Below the pieces are notes generated by a model. That model searched no databases and was not told the origin of the DNA. It saw only the letters and a program-made list of their open reading frames with translations. Source: Octopus bimaculoides (Eukaryota). Taken from it: DNA of 64,000 nucleotides. The DNA lies in assembly GCF_001194135.2 (NCBI RefSeq), contig NC_068991.1, positions 77,133,817-77,197,816 of the forward strand, given 5' to 3'. A program made the translations under genes and the position numbers. Of this stretch, positions 51,884 through 64,000 are shown in pieces (position 1 is the first letter of the stretch; every line of letters starts with the position of its first letter).

Positions 51884-52330
51884 GAGGGTCGGCTGAAAAG
51901 CTGGCTGACCAAAATACTCTCATGGAATGTGACCAGATGAGGTTTATTTTTCAACACAGTCCCCATTGCGGTCCATACACTTCTTTCATTGATGTTGTAG
52001 TATTTGGATCCCATTGGTGCAGAAGCTTTCATCCTGCTGGTCCAAAAGGTCATCAACAGCAGATATGACGTCATCACCACTGCAATACTGGTTCCCAACC
52101 AAGTGTTTTCTCATATTTTGGGAACAAATGATAGCCAGATGGGGCCAAATCAGGAGAATAAGGATAGTAATCAACCACTTCAAAGCCCCAATCATGCACA
52201 ACAACCATTGAAGACAAGGACTTGTATGCTGATATAACAAGACTCTTTTGTTAGTTTTCCTAGACATTTGGTCTTGATAGCCTTTCATAACTCCCTCAGC
52301 AAGTTTGCATAGTACTCTCCAATGATGGTG
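51884..52330 (-). mobile_element. mariner transposase 3' half (different subfamily from 40713)
   Basis: Minus: 'DYLEKGHTIIGEYYANLLREL', frameshifted YSPDLAP region, 'KHLVGNQYCSGDDVISAVDDLLDQQDESFCTNGIQ'. TIR-like 'cgagggtcggctgaaaag'. Confidence 0.9.
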
Positions 52331-52339
52331 TGGCCCTTT

Positions 52340-53300
52340 TCAAGATAGTCAGTAAGTACAATGCATCTGCTGTTTCATAGCAAAGTGCACCAATGATAAG
52401 GAGTTCAAGAGCAGTTGTGAGTTCCAGTCATCATAGATGTTCTCTTTTACCCCAATTTTAGATAAGACATTTACATCTGCTGGGAATCTAACCCCTACAG
52501 TAGTGCATAACTTTTGTTCTCTACCCCATAAAAAACTGTGTTGTGCTTTCACCAAATTGCTATTTTTATTGGAATGTTCCACCAGAAATCCTTACTATTA
52601 AGTGTATTAAGTGTCCATTCTTGCCTTGGTATCTTTTTGACATGAATATAGGGACAATATTTCCTGGGGGCATCATTGTAAATAGTTTTGGGAACAATGT
52701 CATGTCTTTTAGGTAGACAGCACCTCACAGGCATTCTGGGAAACAACTAATGGTGTTGGTGATATCTTTTATGATGAAATGGCACAATTAGCATTTTCTA
52801 TAGTAATACAGGATTGCTAGCATCCTCGACTCTTTTACTAATCAGATTTTGGTATCTATTCCTGTTTCCTCAATAGTGAGGGCATGTTCTTCTTGGTGTA
52901 AGTTGACATACCTGTCACAGATTCAGAAGTTTTTCATCTCGTTGATGTTCTTGGCATCTTCCTGTGTGTGGCTGTTTATGTATTAATGCAAAACTTGGTA
53001 CTGATTTGATGAGGGTTCCTCCTTTGAGTTCCTGTTAATCCCAGATAGTCCAGTTACTCTGTACAGTTCTACATCCAGATTATCACATTCAGGAGTTCTT
53101 CAATTACTCTTTAAGATGTTATCAATTTCATTGGTGAGTACTGATTTCATTCCTTATTATTCAGTAGGTATTGACTAAGTGATACAATCGGGTACTCAAA
53201 AGCCGTTTGGACTGAACTTATACTTTTGCCTCTTTCTCTTTGTCTAATGTTGTTAGTGCCTCTGTCGATGTCCAAGCTGCAGATCACTTGAAATGTTCTG
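52340..53300 (-). mobile_element. R4/Dong-like LINE 3' region (post-RT, CCHC, RLE), decayed
   Basis: 'DIDR...SVQTAFEYPIVSLSQYL', 'CCLPKRHDIVPKTIYN', 'DFWWNIPIK', 'KLCTTVGVRFPADVNVLSKI..KENIY' (cf. RHD / PD-(D/E)xK RLE region). Confidence 0.8.
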
Positions 53301-53829
53301 TTCAATAACCTAAATGTATTTATAAGTATTTAAGAATGAGTGAATGTATGTGTGTATGAATATGCGTATCTATGTGTAGCTTCCTTTCTATATATGTCTT
53401 CCTTTCTTAACTGAAGTTATGAGTTTATTATGACTGGCTGCTTGCTCAGTAGCAAGGTTGTAAAAGGAAGATTCCCCCTCTCCTCAAAGCTTTATACTTT
53501 AAGGCAGCATTTTTATTGTTGCTGATATTCTGGACATCTGTAGCAAGTGAATTATAGAGCTACATTCTTTCTCCAAAAATCCAAGTGCAGCCTTTTGATC
53601 TTTGTAGCTTAGTACACACCTTGCTGGTTCAATAATAATAATAATAATAATGGGTATAAAGCTGAAAGTGTATTTCGGTTACTGGATGTGTTCGCTCCAC
53701 ATCAATATTCCAAAGATATATAATTATAAATGATCTAGATGATCATAAAATCAGGAACAATAAAAATCTGAAAGACTACCTTAAAATATAAGGAGAGCTC
53801 TTTGCAACAACAGTTGACAAACATTTTGT

Positions 53830-55368
53830 TTGTGGATCGGTGAGTTGGGTGTTGATTCTTTGTTTTTGGTCATTTTGCTTACCACATTGACATCAAGTGA
53901 GAAGATGACTTCCACAATGCAGCATATTTTTATTTTGTGGTCCTTAACATCACATATTTTAATTTGGTTGCTGTTCTTCTTCTATGGTTCCACTAGTACT
54001 CTTTTGATCCTTCATTCTTCAATACATTTATTTATAATTCGTTGTTATTTTTTCCCCTTCTTACACTATTCTAGATTGCTCTGGTTATCACATCATGCAT
54101 TTTTGAAAATATTTTATCGAAAGGACATTCTCTCACAGTTGACAATGGTTTAGCTAATACCTCCAGTGCTGGTTATGAATAAACTACATTTGTTGTCAGC
54201 TGAAATTTTACATCTTTTTGTGTAAAAAGCACTTGGAGGGTTTTCTTGCACCTGAATTACATGGAGGTAACATTTGAGGTGAGATATTATCAATTTGCCA
54301 GCACTCCATGCTGGGCTGTAGTGTGATTTAGTCTTTCAGTTTTCTCGTCTTTCTTTATTTCAAGAGTACAGCCTTATCACAGAACTGATCTGTTTTCCTT
54401 TACTTTGTTGTCAAATAGGATTTTTCAATGTTCCTTGGAAAAAGATCTGTGTCAGCTTTTATTTCATGTCTCTTCCTGGAAGTCCCTATTCTAATGGTGT
54501 TACTAATTTTGTGTTTGTAAACTTAAGTGATACAAGAGCTGAACATTTTTGCAACCAGAGAAATTGCTTCAGTTTTACACTCTAGGTAATATATGATGTT
54601 AATACAGATCTAGGGTCACAAATAAATATACAATCTTGGTAAATTAATCTCTGTATGTGTTTATTGACATCGAAATTTCCATCAACATTGAGTAACTTTT
54701 AAATTCTTAAATTCAACTTATTGAGTTCTTGAAGTAACTAGTTCAGAAGATCAAATGTGGGTGTCAGGGTAGGCACTACAAATGTGTTGTGAGTGACATG
54801 GTTGTTGTAGGCTGAGAGTTCTGATAGTTATGTATTCTTTTCTCCCATGAGATAGTCATTTCTTGCCATCATCATTTAACATCCACTTTCTATGCTGGCA
54901 TGGGTTGGACTATTAATGTGTTTATCATACCTGCCATTCTTATCCTACCCAGTATGTGTGTTGGTCTCACCCTAAAGTTCAGGCTGTATTGTCAAACTGT
55001 TCATGAATATATTTAGATTTTTGACAAATAAAGGTTTTCTTTGACTTATATCTGATTTTAACCGTTAGTACGTACAAAAATCATATGTTGCACAATTTCA
55101 TTTTTCTTGTGTCAAATGTATATATGAATTCAATCTATAAATAGAATTATTACATTATTTTAGGCTACTTCTGAGCACACATTAATTAATTTTGTGTACC
55201 TGTTGCAAAATGTGTGTGCATGTACACATGCACAACTTAGATGAAGCAGTGTCTAACAGTTGGTCGCACCTGTTTTTACTCCAATGTCTGTGAGATCTAA
55301 TTACAGTTTATGTCATTAATATTTTGCTAATTCAACTTCATGTCGTCTACAAAGAAATAAATAGATAG

Positions 55369-55424
<56 letters not shown>

Positions 55425-56300
55425 TGTGTGGGAGAGAGATGAGTTATGTTTCTAGATTCAGAATAACTGTCTCTACAAACACTATACCATATAAGCAGGT
55501 ATGATAACGGATTTAACTAGAGAACAGCACTGCTGACAATCAATCACCCTGTAGGATGCCTTTTTGATAATGTATGATATCAGATATGATTTGTTTGTTG
55601 TCAAGTAAAGTGGTATATCAAATCTTTGGTTAGGTGTTGAATAGCAGCCACCAATGGTTGTAGAACTTTGGCTAAATTGCAATGCTTTGATTATTCACAA
55701 CAGTCAAGTTTTTGTGATTCTTTTCTATATTTTTTCCTGTATCATTTTCCTGATTAGTAGTTGCTTTACACCATACTTCCTTCTTTACTAGAGTTTGCTC
55801 AGCAGTAATGATACTGATGATAGCATCATGATCCTGTAAGAAAAAAATCGAGGCATCTAATGCATGTCTAATGCATAATACTCTGGTATACTGTTGAGTA
55901 GAGATTTTTAGCTTGAGTAGTTTGGCTAATTTTTTATGAAAAATAATGGTAGTGTTGACAACCATTTCAACACATCTAATATATTCTTGATGCTCCTTTC
56001 ATGCAATGCTATCAAATCTCAGCAATAAAAAATGCCATCTGCAAACCAGTATCCTTTTATAAGATCTGGGCCAAGGGATTTTCTGTTTTGTCATTTTCTT
56101 TAGGACTGATTTCAATTCTGTATAATATTTTATGTTATTTTTATTCAATTTCTTCCATCTTAACGGCTTACTTTTTGAACTTCACATTTCTTCCAATGAC
56201 TTTCGACTTATTCTTCTGATAGGGGTGTCTTTTTTAAAGAGGTTGTGTGTTTCTAAATGGCTTATAAACACCTTCCATGCTGCAATTGTTTATATATATA
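53830..56300 (-). mobile_element. R4/Dong-like LINE ORF (RT through RLE), decayed and interrupted
   Basis: 'KSLGPDLIKGYWF', 'FLQDH...IITAEQ..KKEVW', 'KNHKNLTVV', 'HYQKGILQGDC' (QGD 55543-55551), 'SELSAYN.HVTHNTFVVPTLTPTF', 'KICCIVEVIFSLDVNVVSKM'. SINE A fragment at ~54868-54910 and microsatellite at 55360-55435 interrupt it. Confidence 0.8.
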
Positions 56301-56599
56301 TATACATATATATACATACATAAACAAATTTTGGATGTATCGAATGTGGTTGCAGACAAGAAAGTAAATTTTGAACGCAATAAAGTTGTAAGAACAGCAG
56401 AGAAAGATTGGGTATTTGTCATTATAAGATGGAATTGAGTAACTTTTACTTCATTTGTAATCATAAATGTTCACTAATCAATATATGTATACTGGTATCA
56501 TCATTATGGTCATTATGTTAATTATGATTTATTGTTAAATTAGCAATTTAGCATACGCTTTACAACCTTGTTTATAACCTTTTTCTCAAATGTTTGGTC

Positions 56600-56945
56600 T
56601 AGGGAATTAAAAAGAAGATTATCAAGTCAAAGCTTCAGTTTTTGTGGAAAGCACTTACACAATTTTGAGCTTTTAAATGTCAAACCATTGGAGGATAAAT
56701 TCTTGATATATGAGGGTATGAAAAATTTTGGGGATCTGACAGTACCTTTGATTAGCCTTATTTTTTCCTTATATTTATATGCCAAAATTTGGAGCAAATC
56801 TTCCAGAATCTACTCTTTGTATGTATGTATATACATCAACACTATTCTTGTTAAATGCAATGGTTTAACATTTAAAGGTTCAAAGCTGTCTAACTGCCTT
56901 CCAGAAGAACTGAAACTTCGAAAAGATGACTAGATAATCTTCTTT
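56600..56945 (+). mobile_element. CR1/L2-like LINE 3' end fragment
   Basis: 'FELLNVKPLEDKFL' and 'LTFKGSKLSNCLPEELK' (cf. FSxRGxKLWNxLPxEL). Confidence 0.5.
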
Positions 56946-57454
56946 TTAATGTCAATCTATATATTTCATTAGAAACTAAGGTTTCTTGATTCATAACTCC
57001 AGCAAAAAGTATTGAGTAATCGTTCAGTTTAATGTAAAATTGTTTTTATTATAGCTTGACATAATAACAACACAAACACACAAACACACACATGTGCAAG
57101 AGTGAGTGAATGAATGATAGCATAGCATTCCCCAGTATTTCAGAATGTAAGGAAACCTAGTAAATGTTCTCATTAGTTAACTCTGACTTAACTTCTTCTC
57201 CACCCCATGAAAGGTTGTGGTTAAGGGCTAAGATACTAGACACCATATTTGTGAAGAGCAGTTTGAAGAAAGATTCATTGGAAGATATATAATTACATGT
57301 GTATTACAAATGGATTTGGTGATCATAATTGTATAGTAAGGGGTAGAGGGTTTTCAATCCATAATGGAGGGTGTTGAATTTTGTGGCGTCAAAAGACATA
57401 TTGCAAAATAGTATATGGCCCCTAGATGTTGTTGAGGATGGTGGAGTATATACA

Positions 57455-57547
<93 letters not shown>

Positions 57548-57549
<2 letters not shown>

Positions 57550-57910
57550 CATCATCGTCATCATCGTCATTATTCAACACCTGTTGTCCATGGGTTGAAA
57601 GGTTTGATCAGGCTGGCATGCTAGAAGGCTACACCAATCTTCAGTCTGGTTTGGCATGGTTTTCTGTAGCTGGATGCCCTTCTTAATGCCAACTACTCTG
57701 AAAGTGTAATGGGTGCTTTTACGTGCTACTAGCATGGGTGTCATTTGCGTGACACTGGGGTGCTTTTGTGTGCCACCATCATGGGTGCCAATTTGCGTGA
57801 CACTGGTATCTGCCACAACTGCAATTTCGCTCACCTTGACGGGTCTTCTTCTCAAGCACAACGTAATGTCAAGGGTCTCGGTCATTGCCTCTATGAAGCC
57901 CGACACTCAA
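57548..57910 (-). mobile_element. SINE family A long copy
   Basis: (cat)n tail, family A body, internal repeat 'gggtg(t/c)ca.tttgcgtgacactgg' twice. Confidence 0.85.
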
Positions 57911-59310
57911 AAGGAACTCGACCACTTTGCGTCCGTGAAGCCAAATGTTCATACATTCATTTGTCTTGGTTATCAGCATCACTTTTTAGTGTCTTCAGCA
58001 TAGTCGTTGACTATAGATGGTTGTATGTGTTTGTCTATATCCAAAAACATAATGAAACACTAAGAGAGTCTAAGAGGCTCTCCCCTTATTTCTACAGACA
58101 TTTCAGACAGAGTATCATTGACTCTCATCAAAACCAGCAGCTGTGAGCCCAGTACTCCTGTTACGTTGAAATTAGCCGACCAAATCTTTTAATCTTTTCA
58201 TTTTAAATTGTATCAGTATAGTAGTATTTTTGTTTCTTTTGTAGCTTCAAAAACATTTATTTGGCATAAATGGAAAAATCCAAATATATTACACTCTGAA
58301 CCTAATCAGCACAGGCATGTATCAAGCACTCTTAGACACCTGTATGAAAGGAGCGTAAACAAATATCATGCATATGTGTGTATTCGTGTGTATATATGTG
58401 TATATCTAAATGTGTACAGAATATATTTATCTTATATATTCTATACATTTTACTTGTAGGCTTCTGAAAACTTATGTTCTCCATGAAGAATAACTCATTA
58501 GAAAAAAGGTAAGAAAATATTTCTTGAAAATGATTTCTATTATATTTTTAACAACTATCTTTGTTTTTTTTAAACATGCTAAACACTACTTTTTAAAAAT
58601 TAGTTGAAAATGTTAGATATTCCAGTTACTCTTATAGTTCACTATGTTTTGTGTCATTCTTTTTGTTTTCTGTCTTCAATAAACTCTTAAAGCTTAAAAA
58701 GAAATTAGGGTGAGAGTGTTCTTAGATCAATACCACTTACATGTATATATTTTTTCATCTTGTTACTTTTCTCATATTTTCTTATACATATATTTATATT
58801 AAAAAAATTCTCTAACTGTTTACACAATGTCTCTGAGCGCATAACCAATTATATTATTTTATATAAGTATCTAATCTTTTATGTATATTGAGCTGTCTGT
58901 TCCGTGTTTTTTGTCCTTACTTTTCTCTCGTGGATTTTGTATCCTGAGTTTTTGCTACTTTGTGCACAAAATGGTTGCAACAAAAGCATAGTTATTAGGG
59001 TAAGAAATGTGTGGAAGATATTCAAGGAATTACTACCTATCTTGGCAGCAAAATGGTGGTTTCTCTCTCCATGAAAAGGTAGATTGTATAAAGTATGTCA
59101 TGCTGTATGGCAGAATGAAATGTAGATAGTTATTGGTTGTGGGTAATTTGTATGGTTTGGTGCGGAATGAGTTGGCTGTGATTCATTTGCTGTAATGAAT
59201 TAGCTTTTATGAACAATGCAACTCAGTATAATGAAATGTCTTTGGTGCACAGAGGCATTTGTTGATGAGTTGAAGAGAGGCAACTGTATTCGTATGAGCA
59301 CATAAGATTG

Positions 59311-59526
59311 CTTAAGGCAGCGAGCTGGCAGAAACATTAGCACACCGGGCGAAATGCTTAGCAGTATTTTGTCTGTCTTTACATTCTGAGTTCAAATTCC
59401 GCTGAGGTTGACTTTGCCTTTCATCCTTTCGGGGTCGATAAATTAAGTACCAGCTGCATACTGGGGTTGATCTAATCGACTGACCCCCTTCCCCAAAATT
59501 TCAGGCCTTGTGCCTAGAGTAAAAAA
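59311..59526 (+). mobile_element. tRNA-derived SINE family D copy with TSD
   Basis: Same family as 31549. Flanks gcacataagattg (59298-59310) and gcatataagattg (59527-59539), 12/13 identical. Confidence 0.9.
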
Positions 59527-59639
59527 GCATATAAGATTGTTTGATTCTGCACAACTAAGCTCAAGTCCTCTGTCTCCTTTGTCAAAACTCCTTTCTTAAA
59601 CCAATGAAATAATTTCTGATCTCAATATATTTTTGAAAA

Positions 59640-60350
59640 AAAAAAGAAAAAAAAAACTTTCCATGTAAACTTTTCTGTGTATATCTTTCCTTTATATCTC
59701 CATTTTTTCTTCCTTCAGCTATCGTCTCCTCTCTCTAACTGCTGTCCAAAGTACTTCATCATTCTCAGCAATATACTACCTTAAATTCACTAACTCTAAT
59801 TCTAGACAGTCTTTGGTACTTATCAATTCTTTTTTCCATTATTTCTGTTGAAATACAATATGCCAACGTCTACATGTGGATGTAACGCTCTGACAATTGT
59901 CTGCAATTCCCTTGTTTTCTGTGTTCTCAAGGTCTTCTTTTCTTCATTTGGTTATTCCATTCTTGTATCACATGATGGAAATATTTCCTGAGTTTACAGC
60001 ACTGATAATGTATAAAGCATTGAGTTTTACATAGAAGTTTCCTTACCCATCAAAAATATTCTAACTTGATTTTGTCTTTCATTGTTTTGTCCTTTATATG
60101 ACCAGCTTTCAAGTCTCCCAGAGATTTATATTCTTCTTTAGTACCAAATCTCCGGTATCTTCTCATTGAGTACATTTTTTTTCTGTTACAGCCATATTTT
60201 TCTCTCCTCTTTACAAGGGTTCCACATTTGGAAATACCAAGTCCTGTTCTTATCTCATTACTAGACATTGCTCATGATACTGATAACGGTGTCCAATTCC
60301 TTTTCAGCCTTGTCTTAAAACTTAAGATCATCCATGAATAACAAACAGTG
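59640..60350 (-). mobile_element. R4/Dong-like LINE RT fragment
   Basis: 'HCLLFMDDLK' (FMDD 60327-60338), 'GLGISKCGTLVKRR', 'EEYKSLGDLKAGHIKDKTMKDKIKLEYF'. Confidence 0.85.
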
Positions 60351-61289
60351 AACTACTCCTTTGTTCTTTTCCTAAGTTATATCCAGCTTTTACTCTTCTT
60401 AATTCTTGGGAGAATGGGATAAAACCTATGACAAACAGTAGGGGGGGGGGGCTATCAACTTTGAAAACACTCATCCATCTTTACTTTTCCAAGTGGGTGT
60501 CCTCCTGTTGCTGGTTCTGTTTCCCGATTTCCCATGCCAACTTCTATCAGTTCAGTGATACTATTTGCAAAAGTAGAGGACCATCACAACCACCACCTTG
60601 TCATTGTTGTCATCATCATCATTGTCCTCATCGTCATCGTCATCATCAATGACATCATTGCCATCATCATCATAGTTGTTGTTGCATGTATGATTATTTT
60701 ATTTCTGGAGTTATAGCATTACTAAATTAAATTTTCTTTGGAAGACTTGATAAAAACCATTATAATTACTTGAGGAAAGCCTGCTCTTGATATCGAAGGG
60801 TCGATAAAACAAGGAAGGTTTGCTTTTTTCAGACATTTCCCTCTTTATTTACATGCACATTATAGCTTTCAAAATGGTTGGCAAACATAAACATGGTACT
60901 TGACAAAACACGCCAACAACAAATGGAAAAAACACACACACAAAAATAAAAATAAAAATACATGACTGAATGAATAAAAAAAATGGAAAACGAGCATTTA
61001 AATGAACAATTAATAGATAAAAATATTTCAAACAGTCTACTAAGTAGTTTTGAAGATAACGATAGTGACAGCAGTAGTGGAAACATTCTCACTTTGAATC
61101 TCGCGTGCATTAACTGTGTTAAGGCTAATCTTATCTGAATTGTAACACAAACAAAAGCAAACAGAATTTTTAGAATTAACAGTCAAAACAAAAAAAAAAA
61201 AAATTAGTTGGTAGAATTTTCTAAGATCAAACAGTTTCTTTGCTACAAACTCTAATCAAAGAAAGAATGATGAAAAATATTATATATTT

Positions 61290-61880
61290 GTATTTTAGGA
61301 AAGCTAGAACTTATGTCAAGACGTGCAACAAGCACTTCAGGACATTTGGAGAAAAAGTCTTTCAACTGTCAAAAAGAAGAATATATGACACTTTCTGCTA
61401 CACTTTCCAAACTAAAGACTCAGCCAAAACATAGGATGAGATTGTTCGACACACTTCCATCCATACGTTTGTGGTACATTGAGCCCTGGTACATTGAGCC
61501 CTGGTACATTGAGCCCTGGTACATTGAGCTAAGAAATACAAGAGATATGAAAAATGATATAGATCTCTGGTTGGTCATTGCTTTTGTATCACAGCAAGAG
61601 AGAGTAACAAAAGGCAAGATGTGACTAAGGGTTATGAAAATGAATTTGAAAGTCCTTATAAAACCTGATGGCCACAGAGCCATAGTGGAACTGTGACTAG
61701 TCGAGAGTACCGCGACAAAGTGTATGAGATTGATGGTACAGGATAAATAGCCTAGTTGCTGCACTTATTGTACTAGGAACCACTTGAGAGGCTCTTGAGG
61801 AAAAGAACTAGAAAAACGAGGCAAGAAACCAACCAGAAACAGAAGTAATAGAGACCAGCTGAGACAGCTAACTAGAGCAA
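61290..61880 (+). mobile_element. RTE-like LINE C-terminal fragment containing a 15-bp tandem repeat
   Basis: 'LSKLKTQPKHRMRLFDT...LWYIEPW' (cf. RLFDTxxLPxxxYGxETW); (tggtacattgagccc)x3 plus a partial fourth unit at ~61472-61529. Confidence 0.6.
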
Positions 61881-62292
61881 GAAGCTCATTTCCAGAGAAG
61901 CATAAGTCAAAACCCTGGGAATAACAAAAGAAATAACATTATGCCTTGTTCTGGAAACAAGTGAACAAACATCTTGTCCCTGAATTGTAGCAGCCAGTGG
62001 CACCACTCGTTCATCATATGACAAGGAAGAAATTATGGTTGTTGAGAAAAGTGTATTAACTGATGAAGCAAACACAAAAAAAGAAAAAAATGAAAAATCT
62101 CAAAAAAGGGAAAGTCGATATAATGCACCTAAAACAGGTGAGAAGCAACAACCTCCACAAAACAACAAAGATGTGACTCTTCAAAACAATAACAAAGATG
62201 ATGAAGAGGAGGATGGAGACCTGAGATTCGATGCCCTTTAAAAATCAAATTAGACTTGTAAAATGTTATTGTTTGCTTGAAGCATTGTATAT

Positions 62293-62689
62293 GGTATGTG
62301 ACATTGAGAGAGATAGAAGACTAAACAATGCAAAATGGACTGGAAGATGAGGTGAGGAAATTTGAAAGTCAATTACCTGGTAATCTTTGTTTTGATTTTT
62401 GTTTTTATATTGTTGTTACTGTTGGTTTTATATGTGTCCATGCACACACACACACGCACACACACACACGCGCACACACACATGACAGGGTTCTTTCAGT
62501 TTTTGCCTATCAGATCCACTCACAATGCTGTGGTCAGCCAGGCACATATAAGACCAACAGGAACCACGATATAAAGACAAAAATCAAAACAAAGATTACC
62601 AAGTAACTTACTTTTGATTTTTGTTACCTCATCTTCCAGTCCATTTTGCATTGTTTAGCCTTCTATCTCTTTCAACATCACAAAATACC
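62293..62689. repeat. Long inverted repeat (~145-bp arms, ~105-bp spacer)
   Basis: 62293-62436 matches the reverse complement of 62543-62689 closely (roughly 80-85% by eye); spacer holds (CA)n and a SINE B fragment. Confidence 0.9.
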
Positions 62690-63732
62690 CTAGGTATAAA
62701 TAAAACCCCATTTTGTGGTGCTATGGATTTTCCAATGAAGTGAAAATAGCACAGCAACAATTAGGTTTTGAATGCAGGCAATATGCACAAGATAGATTGT
62801 TAGTAAAAACAAAATTAAGACTGTTGAATGAATTTAAACTTTTCTTGAAAATGTTGGTATTTTTTTAACCCAAACCAACTCTAAAATAATTTTAACCTGT
62901 GTTTATGAATAATACAAAGAATGGCAAGTGGATAAGTTGGGTTCTCTAACCCAAATGAGCCAGTAATTTTCCATGTTTATTACTGTTAATTATATCTTGT
63001 TTTAATAATTGTGTTTTATCATACCTTTTCTTTTTGTTATTTGTGCCTAAATATTTGTTCTTTAGAATTTTTTATTTGCCTTATAAGGTATTGCATAATG
63101 TCTTTCATCCCTTCTCTTGTCTTTGTATAACTTAACCATCTCACATTATCTTTGAAAAACCCCTTGTTAATGTCTCTTTTTGTATTTTTATCTTTTAAGT
63201 CCCTGTGGCTAATAAAGATAAGATTAATATTGTTGTGATTGTTGTTGTTGTTGAGTTTGGAGGTGAATGGACATGTCAACAAACAACACTGAGGAATATT
63301 CAAAACTTCTACATTTTTACATGGTGAAAAATAAATTGTTTTTTTTTCTCTTTATTGTTTTACTGAAAGAACTCTTTGAAATAGTTGAGTGCCAATCTCA
63401 TTTACCTTGCTGTGGAAAACAAAGGTGTTTGTCCTTGGATATTTTATACTTCATGTTTTGTAAGCATTTGTTAACTAGTTATTCCAGATGGTTCCTCCTT
63501 CTAAAGCTGTGGTAGGAGACCACAACAGCAGTGGTGCTAATCATGGCCGTAAGAAAAAAAGATTGGTAAAAACATTAACATGGAATTTTAGAAAGACAAA
63601 AGACAAAAAGAAAATGTAAATTCCATTTATACTGTCACATCTGCAAAAGACGAACAAGAAAATAATTAAAAAGAGATATTTGTATATGAACATATATAGG
63701 ACAAAATTTTAATAATAACTTTGCTAGCATAA

Positions 63733-63894
63733 GTGCAGGCATGGCTATGTGGTAAGAAGATTGCTTCCCAATCACATGGTCCTGGGTTCAGTCCCACTGT
63801 GTAACACCACAGGCAAGTGTCTTCTACTATAGCCTCAGGCTGATCAAAGCCTTATGAGTGGATTTGGTAGATGGAAACTGAAAGAAGCCTGTCT
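63733..63894 (+). mobile_element. tRNA-derived SINE family B copy
   Basis: 'ggcatggctatgtggtaagaag..tgcttcccaatcacatggtcctgggttcagtcccactg...gggcaagtgtctt-like...ggaaactgaaagaagcc' followed by (TA)n. Confidence 0.9.
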
Positions 63895-64000
63895 TATATA
63901 TATATATATATATAGATATAGATATATGTTTTTGTGTCTGTCACAAATAGAAGAGTTAACTTGTGTATTGAAAATGAAGGACAACACTTTCAACATCTTT

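Noticed and set aside
58460-58508. Plus 49-nt segment with strong acceptor and GTAAGA donor
   Set aside because: Stops in all three frames; no linked exons.

Overview
AT-rich, microsatellite-dense, gapped animal genomic DNA. The repeat families look like those of a coleoid cephalopod, probably Octopus (recognised from memory, not searched). No intact protein-coding gene, tRNA or rRNA can be supported, and most ORF-track entries are microsatellite or N-gap artefacts. The window is mainly a layered retroelement graveyard: (i) a decayed Ty3/Gypsy internal region with Gag zinc knuckles, PR, RT, RNase H and integrase in order on the minus strand (~5.98-9.78 kb), interrupted by two SINEs; (ii) fossils of CR1/L2/Jockey-group, RTE and R4/Dong-like (restriction-like endonuclease) LINEs; (iii) two mariner transposase fragments; (iv) hAT- and piggyBac-type MITEs with target-site duplications (TSDs); (v) several tRNA-derived SINE families. 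The most unusual object is a 427-bp insertion at 35893-36319, flanked by a 9-bp TSD, that joins a tRNA-type Pol III head to two inverted copies of a minimal, dimer-type hammerhead ribozyme (Penelope/retrozyme-like). Also notable are a CpG-rich cluster of four phased TCACATG E-boxes at ~49.5 kb, candidate minus-strand exons downstream of it, a 195-nt plus-strand exon candidate, and a ~145-bp inverted repeat at 62.3-62.7 kb. All translations and alignments were done by eye; protein family calls rest on remembered motif consensus.
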